28,400 nt of DNA from contig CAXBQP010000039.1 in assembly GCA_963978095.1 (NCBI GenBank), forward strand, positions 1-28,400, written 5' to 3'. Position 1 is the stretch's first letter; each line of letters opens with the position of its first letter. Below are positions 1 through 9,427 of this stretch, piece after piece. This stretch comes from an uncultured bacterium (lineage in GTDB: Bacteria; Gemmatimonadota; Gemmatimonadetes; Gemmatimonadales; Gemmatimonadaceae). The translations under genes were made by a program, and so were the position numbers. The notes beneath the pieces are model-generated. The model saw only the letters and a list, made by a program, of their open reading frames with translations. It ran no database searches and was not told the DNA's origin.

Positions 1-32
1 CACTCTTTCCCTACACGACGCTCTTCCGATCT
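1..32 (+). other. Illumina TruSeq Read 1 adapter sequence (technical contamination)
   Basis: CACTCTTTCCCTACACGACGCTCTTCCGATCT matches the TruSeq universal adapter/Read 1 primer (A)CACTCTTTCCCTACACGACGCTCTTCCGATCT. It is joined directly to genomic coding sequence. Confidence 0.98.
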
Positions 33-33
33 G

Positions 34-2319
34 GATCTCGCGGCGGGCACCGACACGCGCATCGATGACGTCACCAGCTACATCTTCGACGACGCCGAAC
101 ATGTGTTGACCTACAGTACCGCCAGCGCCGACTCCGCCAAGACCGGCGTCTGGGTCCGCGACCTCGCGACGGGCTCCGTCACCGCGCTCGCCACGGGGAA
201 GGGGAACTACAAGTCGCTGGCCATGGACCGCAAGGGCACCGCGGCGGCCTTCGTCTCCGACAAGGACGACCCCGGTGCCAAGCCGCGGTACTCGCTCTAC
301 CTCGCCGCGCTCGCGCCCGCCAAGGGTGCCAAGACGATCGCTCCCGCCGAGAAGATCGTTGCGGCGGGCACCGTCGGCGATGGACTCTTCATCTCCGATC
401 GCGGACGCGTCGGCTTCAATCGCGACGGCAACGTGCTGGAGTTCTCGCTCGCGCCGGCCCCAATCGACACCGTCCCCGCCGACTCGCTCATCGACAAGGC
501 GGTCTACGACCTCTGGCACTGGCAGGACCCGCGCATCCAGCCGCAGCAGCGCATCGAGGCGGCCCGCGACCGCAACCGCACCTATGTCGCCGCCTACACG
601 CCGGCGACCAAGAAGTGGGCCCGGCTGACCAACGACTCGATCACGACCGCCACGTTGGCCGACAATGGCAAGGTCGCACTCGGCATCAGCACCATCGAAT
701 ACGCCATCGAAAGCACCTGGGGCGAGGGCGCGAACGACGTGTATTTGCTCGACCCGCAGACGGGGAATCGCACCCCGGTCATCAAGAAGCTCGATGCGCG
801 TCCCGCGCTCTCGCCCGGAGCCAAGTACGTCACGTGGTTCGACGCCGGCGTCTGGTATGCCTACAACGTCGCGACCGGCAAGAAGGCGGACCTCACCTCC
901 GGCATCAAGGGCGTGAAGTTCGAGAACGAGGAGTTCGACAGCCCGGACAACATCCCCGCCTACGGCTCCGGCGGCTGGACCAAGGACGACAAATCGCTGT
1001 TGCTCTACGATCGATACGACGTGTGGGAGGTCGACCCCGCCGGCGTCGCCGCGCCGCGCAACGTGACCGCGGGCGCCGGCCGCAAGCAGATCCGTACGTA
1101 TCGCGTGGTGAACCTCGACACCGAGGATCGCTACCTCGATCCCGCCGAGCCGCTGATCCTCACCACGCTCGACAGCCTCACCAAGGACGGTGGCTACGCC
1201 AAAGCCAAGCTCGGTGCGTCCACCACCCCGGAGCTGATCATCCACGGCCCGAAGCGCTACGCCGGCCTCGCCAAGGCGCGCAAAGCCGAGCAATACCTGA
1301 TGACGCAGCAGACCTACCGCGAGTTCCCGGATCTGTGGACCGGCACGAGCATCGCCTCGACCACCAAGATCTCGAATGCGAATCCGCAGGAGAAGGACTA
1401 TCCGCGCGGGGATGTCGAGCTCGTCAGCTGGTTGAGCAACGACGGCGTCCGCCTGCAGGGCATGCTCTACAAGCCCGAAGGCTTCGACCCGAGCAAGAAA
1501 TATCCGCTCATCGTCTACTACTACGAACGACTCTCCGACGGCCTCCATGGCTACGTCGCACCGAGCGGTCGCAACGTCATCAACCCGCACGTGTACACGT
1601 CGCTCGGCTACCTGATTTTCGAGCCGGATATCGTCTACACGACCGGCGAACCCGGAAACAGCGCCACGAAGTCCGTGGTCTCCGGGGTCCAGTCGCTCAT
1701 CAGCCGCGGCTTCGTGGACGAGAAGCACATGGGACTGCAGGGCCAGTCGTGGGGCGGCTACCAGTCGTCGTTCATCATCACCCAGACGACGATGTTCGCC
1801 GCGGCAGTCCCGAACGCCACGGTCGTCAACATGACCTCGGCGTACGGCGGGATCCGTTGGGGCCCCGGGGTGCTCCGCACCTTCCAATACGAGCACACGC
1901 AGAGCCGTATCGGAGGGTCGCTCTGGCAGTATCCCGAGCGCTACATCGAGAACTCGGCGCTCTTCAAGCTCGATCGCGTCACGACGCCGGTGCTCTTCAT
2001 GGCCAACGATGCCGACGATGCGGTACCCTGGTACCAGGGCATCGAGTTCTACAACGCCATGCGCCGTCTCAAGAAGGAAGCGTACTTCGTCGTGTACAAC
2101 GGTGACGTGCACAATCCGACCAAGCGTGCGAACCAGAAGGACATCGACATGAAGATGCAGCAGTTCTTCGGCAACAAGCTGAAGGGCGAGCCGATGCCGG
2201 ACTGGATGAAGCGCGGCATCCCCTACCTCGAGAAGGGGAAGGATCAAGTCAAGATGGGAACGCCCAGCGCCACCGGCGGCAAGGACGAGCCCCTCGCGCC
2301 CGCGAAGACCCCCGAGTAG
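34..2319 (+). CDS. S9 (prolyl oligopeptidase/acylaminoacyl peptidase) family serine peptidase, 5'-partial
   Basis: Nucleophile motif GQSWGG, Asp in DDAVPWYQG and His in GDVHNP. The N-terminal region is beta-propeller-like. The frame is open back to the adapter junction (DLAAGTDTRIDDVTSY...), so the GTG at 103 is not the true start. Confidence 0.9.
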   Translation, partial: DLAAGTDTRIDDVTSYIFDDAEHVLTYSTASADSAKTGVWVRDLATGSVTALATGKGNYKSLAMDRKGTAAAFVSDKDDPGAKPRYSLYLAALAPAKGAKTIAPAEKIVAAGTVGDGLFISDRGRVGFNRDGNVLEFSLAPAPIDTVPADSLIDKAVYDLWHWQDPRIQPQQRIEAARDRNRTYVAAYTPATKKWARLTNDSITTATLADNGKVALGISTIEYAIESTWGEGANDVYLLDPQTGNRTPVIKKLDARPALSPGAKYVTWFDAGVWYAYNVATGKKADLTSGIKGVKFENEEFDSPDNIPAYGSGGWTKDDKSLLLYDRYDVWEVDPAGVAAPRNVTAGAGRKQIRTYRVVNLDTEDRYLDPAEPLILTTLDSLTKDGGYAKAKLGASTTPELIIHGPKRYAGLAKARKAEQYLMTQQTYREFPDLWTGTSIASTTKISNANPQEKDYPRGDVELVSWLSNDGVRLQGMLYKPEGFDPSKKYPLIVYYYERLSDGLHGYVAPSGRNVINPHVYTSLGYLIFEPDIVYTTGEPGNSATKSVVSGVQSLISRGFVDEKHMGLQGQSWGGYQSSFIITQTTMFAAAVPNATVVNMTSAYGGIRWGPGVLRTFQYEHTQSRIGGSLWQYPERYIENSALFKLDRVTTPVLFMANDADDAVPWYQGIEFYNAMRRLKKEAYFVVYNGDVHNPTKRANQKDIDMKMQQFFGNKLKGEPMPDWMKRGIPYLEKGKDQVKMGTPSATGGKDEPLAPAKTPE

Positions 2320-2342
2320 GCGGACGTACCGCGAAGGGACGT

Positions 2343-2376
2343 CGAGGCCCCGGTGGCTGTCGCCACCGGGGCCTCG
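2343..2376 (+). terminator. Perfect 15-bp GC-rich hairpin downstream of the peptidase (terminator-like, no U-tract)
   Basis: CGAGGCCCCGGTGGC-tgtc-GCCACCGGGGCCTCG, starting 24 nt after the stop codon. Confidence 0.6.
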
Positions 2377-2430
2377 TGCGTGCGGGGATGCCCCCGTTCC
2401 GCGCCATCAGCGAAGCCGGTAGATTCAGGG

Positions 2431-3459
2431 ATGCCCACGGCCATCGAAACACACGCGCTGCGCAAGATCTACGCGGCTCCGCCGGCCCGCAAACGCGGGG
2501 GACCGCGTACCTCGACCTTCGCGCCGCGCACCGCCGCGCCACCACAAGGCGTGCGCGTGGAAGGCGGCGGAATCGCCGCACTCGACGGCCTGGACCTCAG
2601 CGTCCACGAGGGCGAGTTCTTCGGACTCCTCGGCCCGAACGGCGCCGGGAAGACCACCACGATCGGCATTCTCACGACCCGCGTCCGCGCGACGTCCGGC
2701 GAGGCCTTCGTGGCCGGCAAGAATGTGCGCACGGAGGACGTGGCCGTCCGGCGTCGCATCGGCATCGTGCCGCAGATCCCGAACCCCGATCGCAGTCTCA
2801 ATGCCGTCGAAAACCTGATCTTTCACGGCGCCTATTTCGGGATTTCCGCGCGCGAGGCCGAGCGCCGCGCGATGGCGTTGCTCGAGCAGTTCGACATCGG
2901 CGACAAAGCCCAGGCCAAGGTCGAGGAACTCTCCGGGGGACAACAGCAGCGCCTCATGATCGCACGCGCCCTGCTCCATGAGCCGCAGGTCCTGTTTCTT
3001 GACGAACCGACGGTCGGTCTCGATCCGCAGGCGCGACTCGCGCTCTGGGACGTCTTGCGCCGTCTGCACGGTGAGGGACGTACGATCGTGATGACCACGC
3101 ATTACATGCAGGAAGCCGACGAGCTGTGTGATCGCCTCGCCATCGTGGATCAGGGACGACTCCTCGCCTGCGACTCGCCCGCGAACCTCAAAGCCCTCGC
3201 GCCGGGCGATACCCGCATCGACCTCTCGATCGAGGGCGATGCCGCCGCGGCGGCTGCGGCCTGCCGCGCGCTCGACGGCGTGACGCGCGTCGATGTCGCG
3301 GCCCAGGACATCCTCGCCTACGCCGCCCGTGGAGGCGAACTCATCCCGACCCTGATCCGCGCGGTCGAGCAGGTCGGCGCACGCGTCCGCAACATCAACC
3401 TCGCGAAGCCGAGTCTCGAATCGCTCTTCGTGTCGCTCACGGGGAGGAAACTCGAATGA
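2431..3459 (+). CDS. ABC transporter ATP-binding protein (DrrA/NodI-like, ABC-2 exporter)
   Basis: Walker A GPNGAGKTT, signature LSGGQQQR, Walker B VLFLDEPT and H-loop TTHYM. The C-terminus ends in PSLESLFVSLTG. ATG 2431 is preferred over GTG 2353, which lies inside the hairpin. Confidence 0.92.
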   Translation: MPTAIETHALRKIYAAPPARKRGGPRTSTFAPRTAAPPQGVRVEGGGIAALDGLDLSVHEGEFFGLLGPNGAGKTTTIGILTTRVRATSGEAFVAGKNVRTEDVAVRRRIGIVPQIPNPDRSLNAVENLIFHGAYFGISAREAERRAMALLEQFDIGDKAQAKVEELSGGQQQRLMIARALLHEPQVLFLDEPTVGLDPQARLALWDVLRRLHGEGRTIVMTTHYMQEADELCDRLAIVDQGRLLACDSPANLKALAPGDTRIDLSIEGDAAAAAAACRALDGVTRVDVAAQDILAYAARGGELIPTLIRAVEQVGARVRNINLAKPSLESLFVSLTGRKLE

Positions 3460-4241
3460 ACGATCAGCACCCCACCGCGGCGGTCTTCTTCGCGATGCTC
3501 CGGCGCGACGTCCGCGTCGCACGGCGTGAACTGCCCTTCTTCCTGCTGCGGACGACGCTGCAGCCGTTGATGCTCATGGTGGTCTTCGGCTACCTCCTCC
3601 CCAAGATGGGCATGATGCAGTCGGGCTACACCTCCACGTTGCTGCCGGGGGTGCTCGCCTTGTCCCTGGCGCTGTCCGCCGTGCAGTCCGTGGCGCTTCC
3701 GATGGTGGCCCAGTTCGGATTTTCCAAGGAAATCGAAGACCGGCTGCTGGCACCGGTGCCGACCCGGGTCGTCGCCCTGGAGTTGGTCGTCGCGGGTACC
3801 ATGCAAGGTCTGATGGCCGGCCTGTTCGTCCTGCCCGCGGGACGCCTCATCATGGGACCGATCCACGGACTGGCGCTCGGCAACTTCCCGGAGATCTTCC
3901 TCGTGATGGTGCTCGGAGCCGCCACCTTCAGCGCACTCGGCCTCCTGATCGGCTGCGCCATCAGCCCGCAACAGATCGGGCTGATGTTCAGCTCCATCAT
4001 CGGGCCGATGATCTTCTTCGGGTGCATGTACTACCCGTGGCGCGCGCTCGACGCGGTCCCCGTGATGAAGTACGCGGTGCTCATCAATCCGCTCGTCTAT
4101 GTCGCAGAGGGCATGCGGGCGACACTGATCCCGGGCATCCCGCACATGGATCTCGCGGTCGTCTGCGGCGCGCTGGTCGTGTTGCTCGCGCTGTTCTGGC
4201 ATTTCGGACAGCGCGGCTTCATGAAGCGCGCCATCACCTGA
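3456..4241 (+). CDS. ABC-2 type transporter permease
   Basis: About six hydrophobic segments, an EDRLLAPV motif and a C-terminal NPLVYVAEGMR motif. ATGA overlap with the ATPase gene. Confidence 0.9.
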   Translation: MNDQHPTAAVFFAMLRRDVRVARRELPFFLLRTTLQPLMLMVVFGYLLPKMGMMQSGYTSTLLPGVLALSLALSAVQSVALPMVAQFGFSKEIEDRLLAPVPTRVVALELVVAGTMQGLMAGLFVLPAGRLIMGPIHGLALGNFPEIFLVMVLGAATFSALGLLIGCAISPQQIGLMFSSIIGPMIFFGCMYYPWRALDAVPVMKYAVLINPLVYVAEGMRATLIPGIPHMDLAVVCGALVVLLALFWHFGQRGFMKRAIT

Positions 4242-4261
4242 CCCGCACGCGGGAGGAGCAC

Positions 4262-5077
4262 GTGGCGCTCGTCGCGCGTCGACTGTTCGGTGTCGCTCTC
4301 GTGCCACTGGCGCTCGCGTGGCACGCGTCCGTCACGCATGCCCAAGCCGTGCTCAAGGGCGTCGTCCTGGTGAACATCGCCGAGACGCCCATCGCAGGCG
4401 CCGAGGTGGCGCTGCCCGCCCTGAACCTCAGGACCACGAGCGACTCCAGCGGGCACTTCCTCATTACCGGTATCCCGGCCGGCAACTACGCCGTCACGGT
4501 TCGGCACATTCGGTTCTCGCCGATTTCCAGTCTGCTCAGCTTTGGTGCCCAGGACACGGTCGACACGGACATGCTGCTCACCGTGGCCCAGACGGTGTTG
4601 CCCACCGTGGCTGTCGCCGGCGAGCGTGCGCCGACCGGGAAGCTGGCGGCCTTCGAAGAGCGTCGGCGGAACGGGTTCGGTCACTTCCTGACCGCTGATG
4701 ATCTCCGCAAGAATGAGAACGGGCGACTCGCCGAAACGCTGGCGCGACTGCCGGGCAACAAGGTCCTGACGGGCAACTCGCAAGCGGCCTGGCTGTACGG
4801 CGGACGCGGCGTCCAATCGCGCAGCTCGAGTTCGACGCCGGCGGTCGATCCTGTCGACAAAGCCAAGGGCGCCAAGCCCGGCTACTGCTACTCGGCGGTG
4901 GTGCTCGACGGCATCTTCGTGTATCAGGGCAACCCCGGCGAGACCCTGTTCGATCTCAACAGCATTCCGCTCTCGGAGATCGCCGGCGTCGAGTCCTACG
5001 CCGGGGGGGCGACGATGCCCGCGATGTACAACGGAACCCGCTCCACCTGCGGGCTCATCGTGATCTGGACCAAGTAA
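4262..5077 (+). CDS. Secreted protein with carboxypeptidase regulatory-like domain and TonB-dependent receptor plug-like domain, no beta-barrel
   Basis: GGAGGAG RBS before GTG 4262 and a signal peptide ending THA|QA. TTSDSSGHFLITGIPAGNYAVTVR is CarboxypepD_reg-like. The plug-like C-terminus reads LNSIPLSEIAGVESY...CGLIVIWTK-stop. Confidence 0.72.
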   Translation: MALVARRLFGVALVPLALAWHASVTHAQAVLKGVVLVNIAETPIAGAEVALPALNLRTTSDSSGHFLITGIPAGNYAVTVRHIRFSPISSLLSFGAQDTVDTDMLLTVAQTVLPTVAVAGERAPTGKLAAFEERRRNGFGHFLTADDLRKNENGRLAETLARLPGNKVLTGNSQAAWLYGGRGVQSRSSSSTPAVDPVDKAKGAKPGYCYSAVVLDGIFVYQGNPGETLFDLNSIPLSEIAGVESYAGGATMPAMYNGTRSTCGLIVIWTK

Positions 5078-5139
5078 CGAATCGGTCGCAGCCGGCCCGG
5101 GAATACCGCACGCACCCCGTTGTCCCTAGCTTGTAGCGC

Positions 5140-7113
5140 ATGAGCACAACCAGCACACCCGAGACCGCCGTCCAGGTGCCGCCCGACGAACCGGCGTCCA
5201 CCTGGACCATCGAGTCCGCGCGCTCCCTCTACAACATCGAGGGGTGGGGCGACCGCTATTTCGATATCAATGACAAGGGCCACGTGGTTGTGCGCCCGGA
5301 TCGCGAGCACGCGGACCGCACCCTCGATCTGTTCGAACTCGCCTGTGATCTCGAAGCGCAGGGGGTGAACCTCCCCGTGCTGTTGCGCTTTTCCGACATC
5401 CTCCGCAGCCGCATCGAGTCGCTCAACAGCAACTTCCAGGGTGCCATCAAGGAATTCGAGTACACGGGCGGCTACACCACCGTGTATCCCATCAAGGTCA
5501 ATCAGCAGCGTCACGTGGTCGAGGAGATCGTCGAGTTCGGCAAGGCGACCGGGGTGGGGCTCGAGTGTGGATCCAAGCCCGAACTGCAGGCGGTGCTCGC
5601 GCTCTCCGAGAGCACCGACCATTTGATCATCTGCAACGGCTACAAGGACGAGGAGTTCATGCGCCTCGCCCTGATGGGGCAGCGCCTCGGCCACGAGGTG
5701 TACATCGTCATCGAGCAGGTGAGCGAGCTGGACGTGCTCCTCAAGGTCGCCGGCGAGATGGGGGTCACCCCGCAGGCCGGCGTGCGGATCAAGCTCAGCA
5801 CGGAAGGAAGCGGGCGATGGGCGCAGAGCGGCGGTGAGAAGTCCAAGTTCGGGCTCAGTCCGGCGCAGCTGATGCAGGTCATCGAACGGCTGCAGGCCGC
5901 GGGGCAACTGGACATCATCAAGCTGATCCACTGCCACCTCGGGTCGCAGATCACCGATATCCGCTACATCAAGGCCGGGCTCCAGGAGCTCTCTCGGTTC
6001 TATGTCGAACTGCGCGCCCTCGGCATCCCCGTCACGCACGTCGATGTCGGCGGCGGATTGGGCGTCGATTACGACGGCACGCAGAGCACGGCGCAGGCCA
6101 GCGTCAACTATTCGTTGCAGGAGTACGCCAACGACATCGTCTACACGCTGGCGGAGTTCTGCCGGGAGAAGGAACTCCCGATGCCGCACATCATCAGCGA
6201 ATCCGGGCGGGCGCTCACGGCGCATCACGCACTGCTGCTGTTGAGCGTCATCGACGTCGAGTCGGCGCACGACCCGCTTCTCCCCGTCCTCAGCGACGAC
6301 GACCACCAGCTCCTGCATGAGATGGCGGAGGATCTCAAGGCGGTGACGCGCAAGAACGTCGCCCTGCGCCGCGTTCGCGAGATCTACCACGACGCCGTCT
6401 TCGACAAGGAACGGGCGCAGCAATACTTCAGCAGCGGGGTCTTCTCCCTCCGCGAGCGCGCCTTCGCCGAACGCCTGCATCTCTGCACCGTCAATCAGAT
6501 CGCACGCGTCGCGCAGAAGCACGCGGATGAGTTCGAGGACATCCTCCCCGACCTCGATGCCACCCTGCTGGACCGGTACTTCTGCAACTTCTCGCTCTTT
6601 CAGTCCTTGCCCGACAGCTGGGCGATCGATCAGCTCTTCCCGATCATGCCCATCCACCGTCTGGATGAAGAACCGACGCGCCGCGGCACCCTCCAGGACA
6701 TCACCTGCGACTCGGACGGCAAGATCGACCGGTTCGTCGGCTCGCGCGAGGGCGATCCGAGCATGCCGCTCCATCTGTTCAAGGACGATGGTGAGCCCTA
6801 CATGCTCGGCATCTTCCTCACGGGCGCGTACCAGGAGATCCTCGGCGACCTGCACAACCTCTTCGGCGACACCAATGCGGTGCACGTCCGACTCGGCGAA
6901 CAGGGGTACGAGATCACCGACCTCGTGCACGGCGACACCGTCACCGAGGTGCTCAACTACGTGCAGTTCCGCGCCTCGGATTTGCTCACGACGTTCCGCC
7001 GGAAGGTCCAAGCGGCCACGACGATCTCGCGCGAGGAGGCGAACATGTTCATCGCCGACTACGTCGCGGGGCTCGAGGGGTACACCTACCTCGAGGGCGA
7101 CGCCGCGCGGTGA
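5140..7113 (+). CDS. speA: Biosynthetic arginine decarboxylase
   Basis: PLP lysine motif YPIKVNQQ, plus GLECGSKPEL, SGGEKSKFGL, HCHLGSQI, DVGGGLGVDYDG, FSLFQSLPDSWAIDQLFPI, DITCDSDG and GAYQEILGDLHNLFGD. Confidence 0.96.
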   Translation: MSTTSTPETAVQVPPDEPASTWTIESARSLYNIEGWGDRYFDINDKGHVVVRPDREHADRTLDLFELACDLEAQGVNLPVLLRFSDILRSRIESLNSNFQGAIKEFEYTGGYTTVYPIKVNQQRHVVEEIVEFGKATGVGLECGSKPELQAVLALSESTDHLIICNGYKDEEFMRLALMGQRLGHEVYIVIEQVSELDVLLKVAGEMGVTPQAGVRIKLSTEGSGRWAQSGGEKSKFGLSPAQLMQVIERLQAAGQLDIIKLIHCHLGSQITDIRYIKAGLQELSRFYVELRALGIPVTHVDVGGGLGVDYDGTQSTAQASVNYSLQEYANDIVYTLAEFCREKELPMPHIISESGRALTAHHALLLLSVIDVESAHDPLLPVLSDDDHQLLHEMAEDLKAVTRKNVALRRVREIYHDAVFDKERAQQYFSSGVFSLRERAFAERLHLCTVNQIARVAQKHADEFEDILPDLDATLLDRYFCNFSLFQSLPDSWAIDQLFPIMPIHRLDEEPTRRGTLQDITCDSDGKIDRFVGSREGDPSMPLHLFKDDGEPYMLGIFLTGAYQEILGDLHNLFGDTNAVHVRLGEQGYEITDLVHGDTVTEVLNYVQFRASDLLTTFRRKVQAATTISREEANMFIADYVAGLEGYTYLEGDAAR

Positions 7114-7171
7114 TCCTGGTCCGGTTCGTCGATCGCGCGGCGCCCTGCGTGGCGTCCGGCTCGCGGAGGGT

Positions 7172-7786
7172 TCAGCCCCTGGCCGCCGCGTAGCGCGTGG
7201 CCACCTCGCCCCAGTTCACCACGTTCCACCACGCCCCGATGTAGTCCGGGCGGCGGTTCTGGTACTTGAGGTAGTAGGCGTGCTCCCAGACGTCGAGTCC
7301 GAGGATCGCATGCCGCCCTTCCATGAGTGGGTTGTCCTGATTCGGCGAGCTCTCGATGCTGAGCTTCCCCGCGGCGTCGCTCACGAGCCACGCCCAGCCG
7401 GACCCGAAGCGCCCGACGCCCGCGGCCGCGAACTGCTCACGGAACTTCGCAAAGTCACCCGACAGTGCGGTGATGGCGGCACCGAGCGCGCCCGAGGGCT
7501 CGCCGCCGGCGTTCGGCGCCATGATCTGCCAGAAGAGCGAGTGATTCCAATGTCCGCCGCCGTTGTTGCGCACCGCGCCACGCACCGACTCCGGCACCTT
7601 CGCGATGTTGCGGCAGAGATCGTCGAGGCTCCACGAGGCGAGCTCGGGGGCCTTCTCGATCGCGGCATTCAGGTTGTTGACGTACGCCTGATGATGCTTG
7701 CCGTGATGGATCTGCATCGTCTGCGTGTCGATGTGCGGCTCGAGCGCATCGTGTGCGAACGGGAGGGCGGGAAGGGTGTGGGCCAT
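7172..7786 (-). CDS. sodA: Superoxide dismutase, Fe/Mn family (Mn-type signature)
   Basis: [23 protein letters not shown] (GG typical of Mn enzymes), SPNQDNP and DVWEHAYYL. The start MAHTLPALP at 7786 has a GGAG RBS. Confidence 0.93.
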   Translation of the reverse strand: MAHTLPALPFAHDALEPHIDTQTMQIHHGKHHQAYVNNLNAAIEKAPELASWSLDDLCRNIAKVPESVRGAVRNNGGGHWNHSLFWQIMAPNAGGEPSGALGAAITALSGDFAKFREQFAAAGVGRFGSGWAWLVSDAAGKLSIESSPNQDNPLMEGRHAILGLDVWEHAYYLKYQNRRPDYIGAWWNVVNWGEVATRYAAARG

Positions 7787-7883
7787 TGGAGTTCTCCGAA
7801 GTGTGGTCGCTGTATCGAATATACGGTCCGGGGGTGCGCTCCGGTTCCCGTTCAGCGCGCCGGCCGCGCGCACCGCGGGGTGC

Positions 7884-8516
7884 TCACGGCTTCGCGCCGC
7901 GTCCGCGCAACCAGCCGATGATCGCCGGCGTGATCGAGAGCAGCACGATCACCACGATCAGCTTCTCAACGTGCTTCCCCACGATCGGGAACTGCGTGGC
8001 GATGAAGTAGCCGATCAGCAACATCGACCAGATCCAGGTCAGCGCCCCGGTGATGTTGTACGTCACGAAGGTCACGAACCGCATCTCGGCGGCGCCCGCC
8101 ACGACCGGCGCGAAGGTGCGCACGATCGGCATGAACTGCGCGATGAAGATCGTCTTGCCGCCGTGCGTCTCGTAGAAGGCGTGCGCCTGCTCGATGTAGG
8201 CCCGCTTGAAGAATCGGGAATCCTCGCGCGCGAAGAGCGCCTTGCCGGCGCGCCGCCCGATGAAGAACCCGGTCGTGTTCCCCGCGATGGCGGCCACCGA
8301 GCACATGATGCCGAGCGTCCAGACGTTGAGCGGCACCGGCCCGTCCGGCTGCGAGGCGAGCAGCCCCGCCGTCACGAGCAGCGAGTCGCCCGGGAGCATC
8401 GGGAAGAGCAGGCCCGTCTCGATGAAGATGATCGCGGGAATGCCGAACATCCCCACGGCCACGATGAGCTGGGTCGGGTCCTTCAGGTAGTGCAGCAGGT
8501 CGGCGATCGAGGGCAT
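7884..8516 (-). CDS. DedA/VTT family membrane protein
   Basis: [30 protein letters not shown] and [24 protein letters not shown] motifs. The start could also be 8519 or 8522. Confidence 0.9.
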   Translation of the reverse strand: MPSIADLLHYLKDPTQLIVAVGMFGIPAIIFIETGLLFPMLPGDSLLVTAGLLASQPDGPVPLNVWTLGIMCSVAAIAGNTTGFFIGRRAGKALFAREDSRFFKRAYIEQAHAFYETHGGKTIFIAQFMPIVRTFAPVVAGAAEMRFVTFVTYNITGALTWIWSMLLIGYFIATQFPIVGKHVEKLIVVIVLLSITPAIIGWLRGRGAKP

Positions 8517-8551
8517 CACCAATAGTAACGACGCGCTAACTTGCAGGCATC

Positions 8552-9304
8552 ATGCCGAGCATCCTCGATCGCATCGTCCTCGTCTTCAACAAGCCGCAGG
8601 ACCCCGTCAACATCGCCGCCACGGTGCGGGTGATGAAGAACATGGGGATCTCGCAGCTCCGCCTCGTGAACCCGGAGCCGTACGATCCCTGGCGCATCGA
8701 AGGCGTCGCCCACGGCACCCGCGACGTCGTCTCGGCCATCCGGCACTTCGACACGCTTCCCGCCGCCCTCGCCGACTGCGTGCTCGTTGCCGCCTTCGCC
8801 GGCAAACGCCGCGCCGCCAAATGGCCCATGGCCACCCCGCGCGAACTCGCCACGCTCGCCGTCGAGCGGGCCGCCGACGGCCCCGTCGCCCTGCTCTTCG
8901 GGCAGGAGGACCACGGGCTCCCGAACGAGGCGCTCGATCTCGCGCAACTGCTCGTCACGATCCCCACCACGGAGCACAGCTCGCTCAACCTCGCGCAGGC
9001 GGTCATGGTGGCGTGCTACGAGTTGCACCTCGCGGCCGGCGATGCCACCCGTGTGCTCGCGCCGCCGCGCAAGGACGCCCCGCCCCCGACGCACGAGGAG
9101 TGGGAGCTGGCCCTCGCGAGCATCACCGACGCCCTGACCCAGATCCGCTTCTTCCGGACCCGCAACGAGGACCACGTGATGCGCACCATCCGGTCGCTCC
9201 TCTCGCGCGCCGACCCCAACTCCCGCGAACTGACCCTCGTGCGGGCCGCCGCGATCGAAGTCATGCGGACCCTCGACCGCGTCAGACGGGGGTTGGAACT
9301 CTGA
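8552..9304 (+). CDS. SpoU/TrmH-family RNA methyltransferase (TrmJ/YjtD-like)
   Basis: PQDPVNIAATVRVMKNMG, ALLFGQEDHGLPNE and SSLNLAQAV SPOUT motifs, with a TrmJ-like helical C-terminal extension. Confidence 0.88.
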   Translation: MPSILDRIVLVFNKPQDPVNIAATVRVMKNMGISQLRLVNPEPYDPWRIEGVAHGTRDVVSAIRHFDTLPAALADCVLVAAFAGKRRAAKWPMATPRELATLAVERAADGPVALLFGQEDHGLPNEALDLAQLLVTIPTTEHSSLNLAQAVMVACYELHLAAGDATRVLAPPRKDAPPPTHEEWELALASITDALTQIRFFRTRNEDHVMRTIRSLLSRADPNSRELTLVRAAAIEVMRTLDRVRRGLEL

Positions 9305-9361
9305 AAATACGTAGTCTTGCGGATGCCCTCTCGACCTGCCATTTTTCACAATCTGTATTCA

Positions 9362-9385
9362 CGCTTGTGAACGATTTCACAAGCG
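9362..9385. promoter_or_regulatory. Perfect palindromic operator CGCTTGTGAA-cgat-TTCACAAGCG (Rex box; also contains CRP-type TGTGA-N6-TCACA core)
   Basis: The core 9365-9382 equals the Rex consensus TTGTGAA-N4-TTCACAA and has 10-bp perfect arms. It lies in the AT-rich intergenic region ahead of the act operon. An extra TTCACAA half-site is at 9345-9351. Confidence 0.8.
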
Positions 9386-9427
9386 AGGAATCCTCATGAT
9401 CCCTCTCATCAGCACCGGATCCAGTCG

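Noticed and set aside
4996..7011. 671-aa minus-strand ORF (and similar ones at 13183-14808, 15731-17266, 17783-19048, 18852-20159)
   Set aside because: Antisense shadows of speA, actC, actF and ccm genes with no recognisable domains.
8517..8551. Very short divergent intergenic region between dedA and the methyltransferase
   Set aside because: Compact divergent promoters or leaderless transcripts are ordinary, and no distinctive motif is visible.
9317..9345. Possible sigma70 promoter TTGCGG-N17-CATTTT for the act operon
   Set aside because: Weak match with several equally plausible alternatives. It cannot be supported without TSS data.
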